From Spirochaetota bacterium (GTDB taxonomy: Bacteria > Spirochaetota > UBA4802 > UBA5550), in NCBI GenBank assembly GCA_963664815.2, contig CAXXHB010000003.1, positions 4,096,001-4,160,000 on the forward strand: DNA of 64,000 nt. The letters run 5' to 3'. The position numbers and the translations under genes are program-made. Positions 61,860 to 64,000 of the stretch are shown piece by piece. The notes under the pieces are model-generated. The model did no database searches and was not told the origin of the DNA. It worked only from the letters and a program-made list of their open reading frames with translations. Numbering within the stretch: the first letter of the stretch is position 1; each line of letters starts with the position of its first letter.

Positions 61860-63737
61860 TTATATCTTTCCATGTTCTGATAACAAACTGTAATACCTGT
61901 CTATTACTGACGTCAGCTGCTTTACACTCACAGGTTTTTGCAGATATTCATCAGCTCCGGAACTGAAAAAAGAAGATTTCTCTTCATTTGACGTATATGC
62001 TGAAATTATTGCTATCAGGCATTGTGTGCCTTTTTTTCTCTCCTCACTACGGATTCTTTTCAGCGTCTCAAGCCCATTCATGAAAGGCATCTGTGCGTCA
62101 AGGAATATAACATCATAAGCATTCATCTCCCATAATCTGAAAGCTTCAATTCCGTTATTAACATGCGTTACTTCATTTGATATTTTTTCAAGTATTGTTT
62201 TAATATAAATGGCACTTACCCGGTCATCCTCAGCAAAAAGAATTTTCAGCGGGCTTCTCCCCCTTCCTTCATGATGCGGGGCTTCAATTGAAATCAATTT
62301 TTCTCTATCTATGCAGCCTGGTTCATCACTGCTCTTTTCATAAAAAAGTGTGACCTTGAAAGATGAGCCTTTCCCCTCTTTTGAATCAACCGTAATTACA
62401 CCGCCGGAAAGCTGCACCAGATCTTTGACAATTGCAAGGCCAAGCCCGGTACCTTTTGTATTTCGTAATCCGGAAGAATTTACCTGGTAAAAGTAATCAA
62501 AGATACGGTTAAGACTTTCTTCAGGAATGCCGGCACCTGTATCAGCTATTTCAATTGTCAGGGAGATATTGTCCTCGGACATATTTTCCAGTTTTGTCCA
62601 CAGTCTTATGTTCCCTTTTTCTGTATATTTAACTGCATTTCCCAGGAGATTTGTCACAATATGTCTTAAGACCTTTGGATCACCCGTTACAATGCAGTCA
62701 CTATTTGCCTGATCTTTGCTGTAAACAAAATCCAAACCCTTTTCCCCTGCACTGATTTTAAAAATTCTGACAAGCATATCAAGCACATCTATGGGACTGA
62801 AGGCCTCACTCTCTATTGAATATTTTCCTGCCTCAATCCTTGATATATCGAGAAGCTGATCTATTGTTTCAAGAAGGTACTCCGATGATGATTTTATCAG
62901 TCCGATATATTCCTTTTGTAAATCGCTGCTGCCTGATTTCCCCATGAGATGGGTTATTCCTATTATACCGGTTATCGGTGTCCGGATTTCATGAGTTATG
63001 TTAGCAAGAAATCTGCTTTTTGTTTTATTTGCATCTTCCGCCGCCTCGATAGCTTCATGAAGTTTTTGATTGTTTTTTATTTCATTTTTTTTATCACGAT
63101 ATATTATAACAAAAATGATAATAAGAAGTATTGTGATAACCGAAGAATTCATGATATTCCTGGCAAGATACTCCCGCATTCCATTATGTTCAAGTATTTC
63201 CGGTTCAGGTGTTGATAAACCAATTGTCCATGTATCATCTCCCACCTTTATAGATGACCAGGCAACCCATTCTCTCCCCTTTTCAGGAAGCCACAAATAC
63301 CAGCCTGACCCATCCGTAGCATTGATAACCCCATCAACAAGTTCATCATAATGACTTGCGCCTGATTTTTTCTGAATCTTAAAAATCTCCTTTATTGATT
63401 TATTACGATAAATATCGGGAAAATCTCCGCTCTTATCATATATCACATATCTTCTATTATATATCCACGCATCGCCGCTCCTGAAAAGAAGTACAGGATC
63501 AACAAAATATTTAAAAACTTCATCCTCTACTTCACTTTTATCTCTTCCAAGTTTAAGCAGATTATAACTGAACCATTTATTTGCAGAACGGGCTATTCCA
63601 CTTACAATATATTTTTCCAGTTCAACATGTGTGTTTATTACAAGATTTTTCCTGTCAATAAAACTGTTATACTGAAAAAAAATATTCAGAATAATAAGAA
63701 TTAATATAATAAAACCCGCCCAGAAAACCTGTTTCAT
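61860..63737 (-). CDS. Hybrid sensor histidine kinase/response regulator
   Basis: Two TM helices around a Cache-like periplasmic region; H-box THEIRTP; NLLGNAVKY, DTGAGI, GTGLGL; receiver AEDD...FLDAQMP...KP. Confidence 0.93.
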   Translation of the reverse strand: MKQVFWAGFIILILIILNIFFQYNSFIDRKNLVINTHVELEKYIVSGIARSANKWFSYNLLKLGRDKSEVEDEVFKYFVDPVLLFRSGDAWIYNRRYVIYDKSGDFPDIYRNKSIKEIFKIQKKSGASHYDELVDGVINATDGSGWYLWLPEKGREWVAWSSIKVGDDTWTIGLSTPEPEILEHNGMREYLARNIMNSSVITILLIIIFVIIYRDKKNEIKNNQKLHEAIEAAEDANKTKSRFLANITHEIRTPITGIIGITHLMGKSGSSDLQKEYIGLIKSSSEYLLETIDQLLDISRIEAGKYSIESEAFSPIDVLDMLVRIFKISAGEKGLDFVYSKDQANSDCIVTGDPKVLRHIVTNLLGNAVKYTEKGNIRLWTKLENMSEDNISLTIEIADTGAGIPEESLNRIFDYFYQVNSSGLRNTKGTGLGLAIVKDLVQLSGGVITVDSKEGKGSSFKVTLFYEKSSDEPGCIDREKLISIEAPHHEGRGRSPLKILFAEDDRVSAIYIKTILEKISNEVTHVNNGIEAFRLWEMNAYDVIFLDAQMPFMNGLETLKRIRSEERKKGTQCLIAIISAYTSNEEKSSFFSSGADEYLQKPVSVKQLTSVIDRYYSLLSEHGKI

Positions 63738-64000
63738 AAATAACTGTCTCCATATGTATAATATATTTTAACACATAAAATATGTAAATCTTTTACAGGT
63801 TAATTCGCTTTTAATTTTCATTTTAATGGTTACATTCTTAGAACATTACTTGATAATTAACTCTCCACAAATAATATTGTACCCCCTGATAATCATATAA
63901 AACAGTTAAACATGATTACGATCTTAAGCTGCATCTTCCTGTTGTAACAGCAATTGTTTTAATTATTTTATTGACTTTATCTTTAGCCGGACAGAATTAA

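Overview
AT-rich chromosomal segment of a spirochaete. Tandem flaA sheath genes, a stand-alone fliM and spirochaetal lipoprotein signals suggest a Leptospira-related, probably anaerobic lineage (inference). About 55 genes, mostly housekeeping or envelope: flaA x2, signal peptidase I-like, Man-1-P guanylyltransferase/PMM fusion, xpaC-telA-DJ-1, two M23 proteins, fliM, a membrane NarI/4Fe-4S/CCG oxidoreductase, ispG, a complete speA-CASDH-nspC-speB polyamine operon, two acyl-CoA ligases, amtB-glnK, ECF sigma/anti-sigma/vWA, three tRNAs, argB, a eukaryote-type UDP-sugar pyrophosphorylase, mntP and a hybrid histidine kinase. I saw no CRISPR array, rRNA, transposase or integrase. Best candidate for an undescribed system is 41380-47896: outer-membrane barrel, SsuA/NMT1-type ABC importer whose permease is fused in frame to an MqnP-type prenyltransferase, UbiX and MqnL, behind a long structured leader and with no ring-building mqn genes in the window. 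This looks like an uptake-coupled menaquinone-precursor salvage module. Other points of note: an ABC-F gene with a single in-frame TGA and an attenuator-like leader peptide; several apparent pseudo-enzymes; a CDS wedged inside a tRNA-Ser/tRNA-Arg cluster; and a perfect 26-bp inverted repeat between divergent genes. All family calls come from motif recognition by eye; no database search was run.
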